A DNA stretch of 64,000 bases from NCBI RefSeq assembly GCF_018350175.1, contig NC_058368.1, positions 115,382,001 through 115,446,000 of the forward strand, given 5' to 3'. The position numbers and the translations under genes were made by a program. Within the stretch, counting starts at the first letter, position 1; the number at the start of each line of letters is the position of its first letter. The notes beneath the pieces were generated by a model. It was not told the origin of the DNA, searched no databases, and saw nothing but the letters and a program-made list of their open reading frames with translations. Below, one piece after another: positions 49,776 through 62,471 of this stretch. Source of the DNA: Felis catus (lineage: Eukaryota).

Positions 49776-52700
49776 TCCACAAGCAGACATAGAACCCCGT
49801 GGCTTTGGCTAATCTCTAGGAAATGCTCGAGTACCACCACAAAAGAACTCTAGGTTTCTTTTAGGGAAGTATGGGGACAGGCAGAGAGACAGGAAGGAGT
49901 GGGGTCTGGTGGCCTTGGGTACAGAGGCAGTGACTGCCTGCTGGGCCCCAGGAGGCCCTACTGAGAGCCCTTGGTCAAACAGCCACAAGGCCTGTCAGCC
50001 CACCTAGTCAGATCAAGATATCGGCCTGTTGGCATCTTATTAGTAAGAGTACTCACCAAGGGAGAGAGGGCTGGATTGGTGGGTATGGGGTGCCCAAGAC
50101 TTCAGGTGACAATCCATCAGAAGGGACTCTGAATCTCTTTTGGAATTGGGCTCTGGTCTCTGGCCTACTCAAAATCTGCTGCAATGTATGAAGCAGATGT
50201 TGCATGTGGAATTCAGATCTGTTCCTTAAACCAGGTAAGGGGAATTTAGTGTTCTGGGAAACTGAAAGGCATTCCTGGGATCTAGAGACACTGGGTGGCT
50301 GACAGAAAGTGCCCCACAGCTCATGGCACCAAGTGAGCCAACAAGGAGCCACATACATCTGCACAGAGCAGAGATGAAAACTAATGGCCTATGGACATAT
50401 TATACTTAGCCTATACAATAGTTTTAAAATTTCTAAATCAGTTGCCAACACTAAAAAGTCAGAAAAGTTTCCATGAAAAACTGGCTTCCAGTTTCTTTTT
50501 TAAGGATCTGACAATACTGCCCCCCTCCTCCCCAGAGCAGAGGCACTAAGCCCTTGAGAGAGGGCACGGCTCTTCTGTCACCACCGTCCCTACCCCTCCC
50601 TACTGGGTTCCTAGCAGTCAGCTCCCAGATAGGACTGTGCTTGCCCTGCTGTTCCTCTTGTAACAGGTATGAGTGAAGTACACTATTTCTAATACCCATC
50701 AAAAGTGGGAAAACAAAAGTTGGACTAAAAGGTCGTATGTTTCAAGAAAAATGGGAGCGAGCCCATTCCTTTATGGCCATGAAGAATATTGTACACCAAC
50801 TGCTTCCCTCATTTCCGTGGCCTGCCTGGTCCCTGAAGGCCTTTGCGATGGTGTGGCCCGCCTGGGCCTCCTGGTATCCTCAGCCGGGGGCAGAAGTTGG
50901 GGTGAAACCCTGCCCTTGACACAGGCACTGCGCTGTTAGGGAAGAGCCCATGTATGTAAGCGTGGGGGGGAGCACGGGCCTCCCGCCTACCATTGCACTT
51001 GGTGATGAGCTGGTCCTTCTTACTGGATTCCTGCAGGGCTCTGCTCTTGACACTGGAGAGCCTGGGTGGAGAAGATAAGACAAGAGAGGGTGGGAAGGCT
51101 GACAGGCAGCCTGGACCCCCAACCCTTCACAACCCTTTGAAAGGCCCACTCACGCTTTTTCAAAAGCCAGCTTCTCTTTCTCCAGCTGTTTAGATAGCAC
51201 CTCTACCTCTCCGAGGGCAAATTGCAACTTCTCCTCTTCCTTGGCCAGGAGGACCTTGGTCTTGGCATGGGCAGCTTTCTCTTCCTGCAGGAACAGAAAG
51301 CAGTGACCTCATTACCCCTGAGCTACCCTAGGTCTCCTAGGTTCCATTAACAGCTCCATTTCTCAGACAGGCATATAGAAGCCAGGGTACAGGAAGATCC
51401 TGTCCTCACTACTAGGGCAGAAAGCTGTCAGAGGCCAATAATAACTGTGCCCATCCACAGGGATCCCAGGAAATGGGGGAAGATCAGGAGCCCACAGAGG
51501 CACTTACTTACCACCAGCTTCTTTTCCACTGCCTGGAACTCTTCTTTACTGACAAAATTTTCATCCTGGAGAACCATCTGCAACAGAGCCTGGCTCAGGG
51601 AGGGCCTGGGGCTGGTGTTGAAGGGGTACTCGCTAGGGACCAGGACCAAGGTTAGACAATGGGATGATACCCAGGGCACCTAGGATGAGACTTGGGCTCT
51701 GAACAGGGAGAATTTGGTTCCATAAGATTCACAGAGGCTCAGCTCTAGGTCCTGCCCTCAAGGAGCAACCAGTTTGATATAGGAGATAGCCCATGGCCAG
51801 TACTTCTAACACAGCGTGCACTATGATGGAGAAGCACAAAAGGCTGTGGTGCCCAGAGGAGGCCCCTGGTCTGGGGAAGGGTCAGACCTGCTTCTGGAGA
51901 AGGGGTCATCAGACATGAGCTCTGACTGGTAAACAGGGGTGGGCAAGAAGAGGGGGTGGAACAGAAAAGTGTTCTAGATGGTGAGAACAGACATGCAAAG
52001 GCCAGCTGCAAAGAAGAGCTGGGTACCCTCAGGGAACTGCAGGGAATTGAATGCCTAGAGCTGCACGCACCCCTCAGGGTGAGAAATAGATGTTAAGTCA
52101 GTTTTGTTTCTGAGATGGAGATATCTCCCAGCTCTCTTATCAAGATAGAAAATAAAAACAGAAAAACCATGAACTTCAGCTGGCCAAGACTTTACCATGC
52201 CTGTCCAGGTAATCTGTGGCTCCAATGCTTTGAACTCATGAACTAGGATTTGACTCAGAAGGCAAAAGCAAAGGGACATTAAAGGGTCGCAGGCCCTTAA
52301 GTTAACATGTGCAAGGGACAAACCTGTGCTTACTGCACTCAAAATGGCGCTGCATTAGACACTGGGGAGGAGATGTCCATAATGGAAAACGCGTAATAGT
52401 TTCAATACCTGCATCTGAGAACCCCGGGGAAGCCAATGAAGTCATCTCCAATTAGAAGTGGGGAAAGTGAGGCTCAGTGAATACACGGGGAGATATCTAG
52501 TAGGCCTTACACAACCAGACAGGGAGTAGAAAGCAACTTAATTTTGTTTAAATCCCCAGGAAAATAATCATGAAGACCTTGACCCTTTTTGGCTCCACCC
52601 CTACCAGCCAGAACATACTCGGGCCCCGCCTCCTCCTGATTACGCCATTGGCAATGTGCTCTAAGCTCGCCATCGGCGTCGGGACAGGGTCTGGCCCCGC

Positions 52701-52871
52701 CCCCGCCATTTAGGTGTCCGGTCCGGCCCTCCCCCAGCTCTTCGGGCTGCATACCACATTCCTCAGCTGGTGAATCAGTTCCTCCTGAGACTCGATCACG
52801 TCCCGCAGTTGATCGAAAGCGAGACACACTGATCCTGACCCCCCCTGCGACCACCCGAGGGGCGTCGCCAT
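47751..52871 (-). CDS. SPATA24: Spermatogenesis-associated protein 24 (coiled coil), 6 exons, 205 aa
   Basis: Exons 52755-52871, 51512-51577, 51154-51284, 50991-51061, 47988-48090 and 47751-47880 (618 nt, GT-AG). Sequence runs MATPLGWS...DQLRDVIESQEELIHQLRNV / MVLQDENFVSKEEFQAVEKKLV ... HQHPREK*. Confidence 0.97.
49728..49773. repeat. (CA)n microsatellite in SPATA24 intron 4
   Basis: Perfect CA run. Confidence 0.95.
50370..50795 (+). mobile_element. hAT-Charlie (Charlie8/MER102-like) DNA transposon remnant including the start of the transposase
   Basis: Translation around 50715-50790, KVGLKGRMFQEKWERAHSFMAMKNI, resembles the Charlie8-derived GTF2IRD2 segment KIDQEGRVFQEKWERAYFFVEVQNI as recalled. 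Upstream AGTTGCCAACACTAAAAAG...GGATCTGACAATACTG resembles the Charlie subterminal region. Confidence 0.65.
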
Positions 52872-53170
52872 CTTTCCCCCCCGCCAGCTCGTTGGAAATG
52901 TCTCTGGGCGCCTCACCCACAGACGTTCACCAATGAGAATGGGACGCCATAGAGCACCTTGGCAACCGGGGGCGGGGACTTTCTTTGTTAGTAGGGATGG
53001 AGCCCGCCTCTTAAAGGAGCCACTCTCTCAAAAGCACAGCCTTCCCGTGGAGGAACTTCTAACAACCCTTAGGGATTTTAGTTTATAGTTTATGTGCACA
53101 CCTGTTTTATCTTGTGTTCGTCACGCAGACCTGAGGAGCAGACGGGGCACGGTTTGGTGAACAGCCCTCA
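52590..53170 (-). promoter_or_regulatory. SPATA24: SPATA24 CpG-island promoter with RFX X-box-like, CCAAT, GC-box and YY1-like motifs
   Basis: CACCTTGGCAAC at 52955-52966 (RFX half-site GGCAAC), CCAAT at 52930-52934, GGGGCGGGG at about 52969-52977, and CGCCATCTT over the start codon. Confidence 0.55.
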
Positions 53171-54196
53171 CTCAGACAAGGCCCTCAGCCTTATCCCAGA
53201 GCCTGTTAAACTGCAAGACCTGTGAAGCAAGAGCCAGCTAAGGCAACTCCTGCATGTTTGACGTTAACAGCCCTCTTTCTCCCACCCTAATCTCTGGATT
53301 TCACCCAGAGTATGAGACTCCAGCCTCCTGTGATTTCTTTTACAAGTACGAATACATTTAGTGTTTAGGTAATCTGAACCCAAGCAATGAAGGGAAGCAC
53401 AGACCAGAAAAGGAGAGTGGCCTCACCCAAGATGAAGAGTCCTCCTCATACTCTGGTACCAGGTTGTTGGTAGCCACATTGGAGCCAGGTGCCACCATGT
53501 CAAAGTGCCGGGGACGGCCCTGAGAGATCAGGAGAACTGAAGAGGGGCATGAAAGACACGGAGAATGGAGGTAGACAAGGATAAAGTGATCACACATCCC
53601 CATTGAGGATATAGGGGGAGTCATCACATCCCCATTGAAGGCTTTCTTCAAAACCCAAATAAGATTAAATAAGCTTAGGAAAAATCGGAGCAAATATTCA
53701 CTGAGTATTCACTATTCTGTGGCACCATTAAGCTTTTTCATGTGATCTTCACAATAACTTTGGGAAGTAGGTTATAATACCTTTAACCAGGTTCTATGAG
53801 AATGAGTAACTTGCCAAGGTCAGGTTTTAACACAGAAAGTTTGATTTCAGAGTCCATGTTCTTAACCATGATGCTGTGTTACATTTTTGTTGAACATATT
53901 GGATACTAAAGTTATGGAAATTGAAACCCCCCAGGCAAGAAATGACTATATTAAGGAGTTTGGAAAAAGTGTTATCAGTGACCAGGAAGGGAAGTTGAAA
54001 ATTCAGGTGGGCCACTCAGGCTGCTTCCCAAAGCTCCTTAGGGACCTATTTTGGGGTTGGAATTTGTGGCCTGATAAATGTGACCATTCCTGTGAGTCTC
54101 CCAGTGGTAGCCCTTGTTTTATCTTTCCTTGTTTCTTGTTTTTGTTCTCACATCCTTGAGAGCAAGGCCTTTTCTGTTGACCAATCTTAAAGGGCC

Positions 54197-54408
54197 TAGA
54201 GCAGTACCATCCAATAAAATGTAGGTGATGGATATAGTCTATATCTGCACTGTCCAATACTGCAGCCACTAGCCACATTTGGCTGTTTAGCACTTGAAAT
54301 GTGGCTCATGAGACTTGAGGAATTGTTTTAAATTATTAAAAGTTTTAATTAGTTAACATTTTAATTTAAATAGCCATAGTGGCTTGTGGCTCCTGTGTTG
54401 GACAGCAA
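54197..54408. mobile_element. MER3-like hAT MITE
   Basis: TATATCTGCACTGTCCAATACTGCAGCCACTAGCCACATTTGGCTGTTTAGCACTTGAAATGTGGCT...TTGGACAGC. Confidence 0.75.
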
Positions 54409-55149
54409 GGGCCTAGAAGGTGTCTTGTAGGTTGCGTGCCTCAGCACAGCGCCTTCTTGGAGTTTTGTCTATTGAATGTGAGTGTTCATCTGAATCACCC
54501 TGGACAAAGCTGCACATTCCTCTGGGGCAGGAATACCTGGATTCCCCCCTTGAACTGTCTCTTCTCTCTCAAGTCTTTAATGAGATGCTACTTCTTTTTT
54601 TTAAGTTTATTTATTTATTTTGGGGGAGAGAGAGAGCATGAGCAGGGGAGGGGCGGTGGTTGGGGGAAAAAGACTGAATCCCCAGCGCAGAGCCTGCTGC
54701 AGGGCTTGAACCCATGAAACCATGAGATCATGACCTGAGCCGAAATCAAGAGTCAGACTCTTAACCAACAGAGCCACCCAGGCACCCCTGAAATGCTAAT
54801 TTGATAACCCTTGCCATTCACATTCACCTCCAGAAGTTGGAATAGGCTGCCCCTCAGGGCAAAACTCTGGAGTGTAGTAGTCTCCACCAGCCAATTCCCC
54901 GGGGAGGGAAGGTTGTGAGCAAGAGAGAACCCTGGATCCAGGTCTGCACCCTGCATACCAGCATGAACATGACAGATTGTCCTCTGGTTGAGGATTGCCA
55001 CAGACTCCCCCTCTGTATGTCAACAAACACTCCAGGCTCCTGGCCGGCCAGGGCTCAGTAAAACTCAGGATGGCAAACAGCTCTGTGATCCTGCCCCGGA
55101 AAGTGTTGCCTTTCTGCACAGGGTTGTCCTTCTGGTTGATGTTCCCATT

Positions 55150-55850
55150 TTCTGTTGCTGTATAACTAACCACCTAAAATTTACAGCTTAAAAAAAAATC
55201 ATTTTGCTCAGGGATCTTCCATTTAGGCGGGGTTCAATAGTGAAAGTTCATCTCTGCTCCATGATGTGGTATCAGATGGGATTTTGGTGGGGGGACTGGG
55301 AAAGGAGAGGCTAGAAATTCTGTTTCCAAGGTGGCTCATTGATATAACTGGCAAATTTAGTGCTATCAGCAGGGAACGCATTTGAGCCTGAGGACCAAGT
55401 TTCTTGTCCCTCTCCATGGGCTATTTAGGCTTTCTCATAGCATGGTGATTAGGTTTAAGAGAAAGCATCCAAAGTGATAGTTAATGGAAGATGGCCGGGG
55501 CACCTGGGTGGCTCACTCGGTTAAGTGTCTGCCTTCGGCTCAGGTCATGATCTCACAGTTTGTGGGTTTGAGCCCCGCTTTGGGCTATGTGCTGACATCT
55601 TGCCCAGAGCCTGGAGTCTGCTTCAGATTCTGTGTCTCCTTCTCTCTCTGCCCCTCCCCCGCTTGCTCTCTGTCTCTCAAAAATAAATAAATGTTAAAAA
55701 AAACTAACAACAAAAAAAAGGAAATGGAAGATGGCCACTTCCTTAAGGCTTAGGCCTAAAAAACAGTACAGTGTAATTTCTGCTATTTTCTATTTGTCAG
55801 GAGGCCTCAGGGCTCAGATTCAAGGAGAGGGGACACATCCCACTGTAGTT
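55150..55850. mobile_element. MLT1-type (ERVL-MaLR) LTR interrupted by SINEC 55497-55722
   Basis: TGCTGTATAACTAACCACCTAAAATTTACAGCTTAAAA start motif. The inserted SINE has TSD AATGGAAGATGGCC (55483-55496 and 55723-55736). Confidence 0.6.
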
Positions 55851-55924
55851 TCAAAGAATTTGGGCTGCACTTCCAGCCAATGTGCAGATGACTTGTCATT
55901 TCTTTAAGGTTCAGCTCAGATAAA

Positions 55925-57260
55925 CCCAGAATGAAACTTAGTCTAGTGGGGGAGACAATCATCAAATAAATACTTACTTAAATCCTAAATTAAGTCATTA
56001 TCCAAATAAATAATATTATAGCTATGACAGGTGCTGAGAGGAATGGGTATTTTTTTTAAATGTTTACTTATATTTAAGAGAAAGAGAGAGCGCAAGCGGC
56101 AGAGGGGCAGAGACAGGGAGAGAGAATCTGAAGCAGGCTCTGGGCTCTGAGCTGTCAGCAGAGCCTGTTGTGGGGCTTGAACTCACAAACTACAAGATCA
56201 TAACCTGAGCTGAAGTCAGACGCTTAACCGACTGAGCCACCCAGGCGCTCCCGTATTTTTTTTTTTTAAGTAGGCTCCAGGCCTGATGTGGGACTTGAAC
56301 TGACGACCTACTATTAATAAGAGTCATATGCTCTACCTAGGGGTGACTCTGCTGACAGCACAGAGCTCGCTTTGGATCCTCTGTCTCCCTCTCTCTCTGC
56401 CCCTCCCCAGCTTGTGCTCTCTTTCTCTCAAAAATAAATAAACATTAAAAAAAAAAAAGTCATATGCTCTTTTAAATGAGCCAGCTAGGTGCCCTGGAAT
56501 GAAAGTATTTTAAAGGGAGATTTTGCCCCGTCTGGAGTGTCAGGGAAGGCTTCTGTGTGGAAGTGGGATTTTGAGCTGAAACCTATTAAGATAAACCAGG
56601 AGGCACTTAACAAAGGAGGCAGGGGCAGGTGAGTGGGAAAGGGTTTCAGAAAGAGAGAATAGTATATGTAAGGTCCCTGGGGCAAAAGGGATTGGCAGAG
56701 TGTAGTAATTAAGAGGCTAGTATGGGGGCACCCGGGTGGCTCAGTCAGTTTAGCGTCTGATTCTTGATTGCAGCTCAGGTCATGATCTCATTCTCTTCTC
56801 TCTCAAAAAATAAAGTTAAAAAAAAAAAAAACCTCAAAAAAAGAAAAAAGGCTAGTTTGGCAGAAAAGAAAAAGATAGATGTACAGGGCAAGCAGGGTCA
56901 GTGGCCAGAAACTTGGTAGAACCTTGTTAAGCATTAGACCCCGTAAAGAACTTTGATGGTTTTTATTCTTGGAGCAAAAGAAAGCTACTGAAATATTTTA
57001 AGCGAGAGGGTGACATAATTTATGCTCTGGGAAGGTCTCTCTGGTTGCAGCAAGGTGTACAGATTGGAAGTGGCCCTGAGTAGATGCACAGAGACTACTT
57101 AAGAAGCTATTGCAGTTTTTATCAGAAAAAGCGGCTGGTAGTTTGGGAGTCAGCTGGTGTCAGAGGAGATGAAGAGAGTAGTTGGATTTAGAATGTTCTG
57201 GAGGTCAAACTGATAGGATTTAACGAAGGAGGGGTTACAAGACAAAGGAAGCCAAGGTGT
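55925..57260 (-). mobile_element. L2 LINE fragment interrupted by SINEs
   Basis: CTAGTGGGGGAGACA..., AGGGAAGGCTTCTGTGTGGAAGTGGGATTTTGAGCTGA, GAAGCTATTGCAG are typical L2 text. Confidence 0.6.
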
Positions 57261-57267
57261 TTGGTTG

Positions 57268-57690
57268 TCTACTGCTGCAAACTACCCCAAAATGTAACGA
57301 CTTAAAACAGTAACTATATTGTCATTTGCTCATGACTCGGCGGTTTGAACAGGGCTTGGTGGGACAGGTTATTTCTGTTCTGCCCATCAGCTAAGGTGGC
57401 CCAAACAGCTCAGCTTGGATCTTCTGTCTGGGTTCTCAGTCCTTGCTGCCAGCTCACTTGTTTGGTTCTCCTCTCCTCTCCTCTGCCTGGTTTCTCCATG
57501 TGGTTAGCTTAGTGGTCTCAGGGTGGTTGGACTTACATGGCAGCTGACTTCTCCTAAGTGCAAAAATGGAAGCTGCTAGTTTTGCCACATTCTTTTGGTT
57601 AAAGATCAAAGGCCAGTCCAGATTAGAAAGGGGACTATGCAAGGGCACAAATATTAAGCATGGTCCTTTGGGAGACTTCAAATTAAGTCT
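57268..57690. mobile_element. MLT1-type LTR
   Basis: ACTGCTGCAAACTACCCCAAAATGTAACGACTTAAAACA...ATTTGCTCATGACTC...CAGGGCTTGGTGGGACAG. Confidence 0.6.
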
Positions 57691-58497
57691 ACCACACGGT
57701 TTCTTGGCTTTCTGACTTTCACACCTGGATCAATGGTGGTGTTATTCATGGAAATGGGAGCACTCAGAGTATTTTTCTGTCTTCTCTTAAAAAAAGAAAT
57801 CACTGCAGGGACGCCTGAGTGGCTCAGTCGGTTAAGCGTCCAACTTGGGCTCACGTCATGATCTCACATCTGTGGGTTCGAGCCCTGCATCAGGCTCTGT
57901 GCTGACAGTGCAGAGTGTGCTTGGGATTCTCTGTCCCTCTCTCTCTGCCCTTCCCCCACTCTCTCTCTCTCTCTTAAAAATAAACATTAAAAAAAATCAC
58001 TGCATTCTGTAAGAAGGATGATTATATTTCAGGTCTCTCTCCCTCAGAGTTGATTTCACTGAAGCCTCAAACTGGATCACATTCCTGTTAAAGAACCTGA
58101 AGGTTTTCTTGATTTCCCCTTTGACATTCATCCCACTGGGGAGCTAACTTGTCTGAAGTTAGCTTTGCCCTCAGATATGAGCTCCAGGAGCTGGAGCTGT
58201 GGTGCTGGGTCTCACTTATTCCCCAACCCCCATCTCCAAAGCTCAGCCCACTGGACACACAGTAAGTTCTCCATCTTTGCTGAATTGAATCTCATCTCTA
58301 TCTTTCTTCAAATGAACGATATTGTTATGAACCATGTACTCTATATTTTGAATTTGTGTTTTTATTTAGTAATCTCTATGCTCAAAGTGGGGCTTGAATG
58401 CATGACCCTGAGATCAAAAGTCACATGCTCTTCTGACTGAGCCACACAGGCACCCCCATGTACTGTATTTTTTTTTTTTTTTTTAGTATTTATTTTT

Positions 58498-58545
<48 letters not shown>

Positions 58546-59064
58546 GTGTGAACAGGGGAGGAGCAGAGAGAGAGGGAGACACAGAATCTGAAGCAGGCTC
58601 CAGGCTCTGAGCTGTCAGCACGGAGCCCAATGCAGGGCTCGAACCCACTAGACGTGAAATCATGACCTGAGCCGAAGTTGGATGCTTAACTGAGCCACCC
58701 AGGAGCCCCTGTACTGTATTTTTTAAACCAAGACTTTCCTAAATATGGGTCGTTGGGAACAAGGCCATTAGGGAACTGGGATAACATCTGATTTGGGGGC
58801 TAAGTAGTTTAGCTCTGTATGAAGGCTATAATATCCTGCAGCTGCTAGCATCTGCTAGACAAGAAATACAGAATTGGTGATGCCACCAATGTTATCTATT
58901 GTTCTAAACATCAATAATTCCACTGATGGATGAGGGAAGACTGTAGCAGAGGAGAGACACTAAGCCTTCTCTAGTCCAACTGGCTCCAAGGGAGTCCAGC
59001 ATTCTGTGGTGCCTAAGGGTGCCATGGACAAGGGTAAAAGAACAAAGGAAAAATATAGAGCCAT

Positions 59065-62000
59065 TCTTTTTATATAAAATCATTTAATTTCTTTCTCCGT
59101 TAAAATACACTCAATCCAGATGCAGTGGATCAGGTGACCAGAGTTCTCAAGATTTGTATTCCACCAGGAGCTGATTCCACCTCTGTCAAACCTGGCTCTG
59201 GTCACAGAACATTCACATCTTTAATTCCCAATACTGAGTGTGATGCAAGTGACGTCATCAATATCGAACACATGGGTATATAGTTACGTGGTGGTCACTG
59301 CACGAGGTATCAACAATGCAGGCTCAAACATAGGATGTAGAGTAACTTGGCCCTTCCCCAAAATAAATATATTAGAGCACTAAGCTTATACCATAAATAA
59401 GTCCAAAATAAATACTAATTAAGAGCTAGCTTCTGTGAGGAACAGGGCATGCAGAGACAATGAACTTGCAGGTGTGGCCAGTTGTAAGAGAAAGCTTCCG
59501 GAATCCCAACAATGCCTCCTCACAAAGTCAGTCCTGAGCATGAGGATGAAAATGAGAACAATGCAAGGCTTGGCCAGGCTGCGGGATCCCATGTTCCAGT
59601 GGGGTTTGGAGTTCAGTAAAATTTCTAACAGTTTCCAACAGAAAGCATAGCAGTGGCATTTTCTTACCAGTCACTTGTCCCAAGTTGTAAGGCCTGGAGC
59701 TGATCAAGGAAATTCAGAAGTTTTCTGGTTTGAGCAGATGAACCTCAGGGTTGCTAATCTGGGGACATGGATTCCTTGAAGTTGCAGTGTCCTCTGTGTG
59801 AGAAGGGTTTTCACCCTCCCCTCCTCACTGCTGATCAGGCAGCGTGAAGAGCACTTTCATTCTCATGAATGGGAGCTTCACCTTCTACTTAAGCCACGAG
59901 CCCTGCTTTGCCCCACTTCCCCACCTCACACATTCCCATTCCGCATTAATGCTCACAGAAACATGTAGAGCTGCACGCCAAGACAGCAAGAATAAGCCTT
60001 ACCTAAAGAGTTTATATGTGATCAGGAAACCTTCCAGAAGATGGAGGCAAGAGGAAGACGCTTATTTTACCACCATGTGGACAACCCATCTAAAATAGAA
60101 CCCAGGAAGTCATAGTTTAGCCATATTTTGGACCATACGAAGTAGATTAAACTATTCTTCAGCCAAAGGCAAATACCGTTCTACTGAGGAAAGCCAGATG
60201 TGAGTGTTGTAGTCTATTAGGTAATAAACACAACACTACCATCAGTGCTTTAAAAACAGACAAGAGACCTGACATTTAATGGAGTTAGTTTTGCCTCTAT
60301 TTAGTATCATCACAGATAATTCATCTCTGCCATGAAATCTATGTCAAGTCAATTTAATTATGGCCCATTTTCTAGCAGAGATTGGAGTTGGGGAGAGAAG
60401 AGCTTTGATTTTTATGTGTATAGGAAAACTTTCCATCGGCCTGTTTGGCTCACAGGCATATTGTATAGTATAAATCCCCTCAATTACTCAGAAAGGATCC
60501 AGGAAGTCCCCCAAACCAGGAAGATAGATCTAGTTGGGCAGAAAAATCTGGCGTTTCTAGAACTGCTCCCTCCCACAGCTGAGCAGTTGCCCCCTACCAG
60601 CCACCAAAGATCCACTCTTCACCTCTAGACCCATCTCCTGACCCTGTGGAATGTCCGTGTTGAACCATACTAGACACATCTGCCTAAATTATGGCTATGA
60701 ATCTGAAAGGAGAAACTCTACTTTGGAAATCAGTTTTAATAAGGGAACTTTTCTTTCATCCTGGAGTCCAGAGTACAGTCACCTACTGATTTTCCAGGTT
60801 CTGATTCATAATGATCTAGGCGGTTCAATCCTGGCAGCTCACCTTGGCCAGGCTAAGGGATCCCATGTTCCAGTGGGGTTTGGAGGGCCAAGAGGGCCCA
60901 GAGGGCCCAAGAGGGACAAGAGGGCCCAGAACCACAAGGCCAAGGAAACAGCTTACTTCTTCCTTGTCATCAGTGGGAGTGGCTACCTGCCTTTGAGTGG
61001 CTATTCTGCTTTGTATACAGAATTATTTTAGAGAGGGTCTTGCTTCTAAAGACCAAGGAAGAAGTGTCCTGAATGAATGCAGGACTGCCATAAAAAGGAT
61101 ACAGGGTTACAGTGTCAGGGGGGACCAGGGCATCCTAAGATTATGCCTTAACAATCTGGCTAGAATCACCAGACAAATGGGAATGATCTCACACTTCCTT
61201 CTGGATAATCAGCCTAGCTCTGCCACTACCAATTGTATGACTGGGTCACCCATTCATCCTCTCTGGGCCAACGTTCTTTTTCATAAAAAAAAAGGGGGGG
61301 GGAGGGTAACATGTCTCCTTCACAGCATTATGAGGAGGCTAAAGTAAGAAACTGTATGTGGGAGCCCCTGCTTCATACCAGGCACTCAATAAATGTTGAC
61401 TACATGGCAAAGCATCTCATATAACAAAATGTAGGGCATTGGGTTAAACACAGTGGCTGCTTGGGACCAATACCAGACCTCCAAAGCCACAGAAACAGGG
61501 TGTTTCCCTTCTAGATCTAGGCTTGAGCAACCATCCTGGTTGGCTGGCAATGCCTATTCTTAGGTCTGACTTCTCTGGGGTGGAGGGACTCTGGTCAAAT
61601 GTCATGCTGCAAGAGGAAACTCAGTCTTGCATTTTTACCTTTATTCCCGTACCCCTGCTCTCTGCTGCTGAGTTGTCCATGGAACTGTTTCACCCAATAG
61701 CGTTTACTTTCTGGACCCTCGACAAGAGAAAGGGTTAAGGAAGTAAAAGAAACTCAAATCAGGCAGTTTGCTAATGCTAGTAACTTTGAACAGAGATAGG
61801 CAAATGGGAAAACTATTGTCCGTAATAGCTGACATCTCTCCACATTCCCCTTAGAAAATGCAAGCATGGTGGCCCCATGTTCCAAGGGCGGAATGCTAGG
61901 GGACATGATGACTTTCATGAGGGGAGAGGGATCATTCTTCGTGCACACTGTAAACAACTAATATTAAGCTGCTTTGGCTACGCCTAGGAATGGCTGGGCA

Positions 62001-62346
62001 TTGAGATTTAACTGAAGAAGGGAAGGAGGAAGAATATGTAGATCTGCACTGGGATGCCTGAATCCCAATCCTAGAGGCAGGGTAGGCACGGAGCAAGGGG
62101 ACTACATCAAACGCTCTGCCGTTAATTCAACTTAGATGAACTGTTCATGGCCCCTGGAGCCAATCCCCAGGAAAGATTCTGCGATGACAAGTCTGGCTCC
62201 ATGCTCAAGTGCCTTCAACTCTGCCCACCAAAGTTAGCAAGTTGTAAAATGTTCATCATTTCTTAATTTTGTATTATAAAATGGAATTAGGAACATAAAT
62301 AGTAACAAGTAGCAAAACCCCGACCCTGTGTAGGGCCATCATCCTC
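59065..62346 (-). other. DNAJC18: Probable long 3'UTR of DNAJC18
   Basis: SINE-free stretch downstream of the stop, ending at ATTAAA 59083-59088 (minus) with TGTA upstream. The end point is inferred. Confidence 0.5.
60883..60930. repeat. Five imperfect 9-11-nt tandem units (GAGGGCCCA)
   Basis: GAGGGCCAA GAGGGCCCA GAGGGCCCAA GAGGGACAA GAGGGCCCAGA. Confidence 0.8.
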
Positions 62347-62471
62347 TCAGCCACCTCTGCGTAGGCCGATAAGTTTGGAAAGTTTTTCACAGTTTTCAAG
62401 TTTCAGTGACTCTGCCTTCTGTTTCAATCGTTCATCTCTGTATAATCCTGCCAAATTTGTCAATTCCGACT
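62347..62471 (-). CDS. DNAJC18: DNAJC18 last coding exon; upstream exons lie beyond the window
   Basis: Acceptor tttatctttcag| followed by (K)[40 protein letters not shown], the DNAJC18 C-terminus. Confidence 0.93.

Larger units (their letters stand above)
54595..58710. mobile_element. Intergenic Can-SINEs: 54595-54788 (-), 55497-55722 (+), 56050-56494 (nested), 56725-56835 (+), 57809-57995 (+), 58360-58710 (-)
   Basis: SINE heads and tails; several carry TSDs. Confidence 0.88.

Noticed and set aside
52507-52920. Upstream and alternative-frame ORFs at the SPATA24 start
   Set aside because: They use non-ATG starts or alternative frames; the conserved MATPLGWS ATG at 52871 explains the gene.
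53887-54010. Exon-like peptide ILDTKVMEIETPQARNDYIKEFGKSVISDQEGKLKIQ followed by CAG|GTGGGC
   Set aside because: No recognisable homologue, no good acceptor, and it lies next to MIR/L2-like sequence; probably chance.
60651-61031. ORF with collagen-like GPRGPRGPK
   Set aside because: Produced by a short GAGGGCCCA tandem repeat, antisense within the DNAJC18 3'UTR, with no sustained Gly-X-Y pattern.
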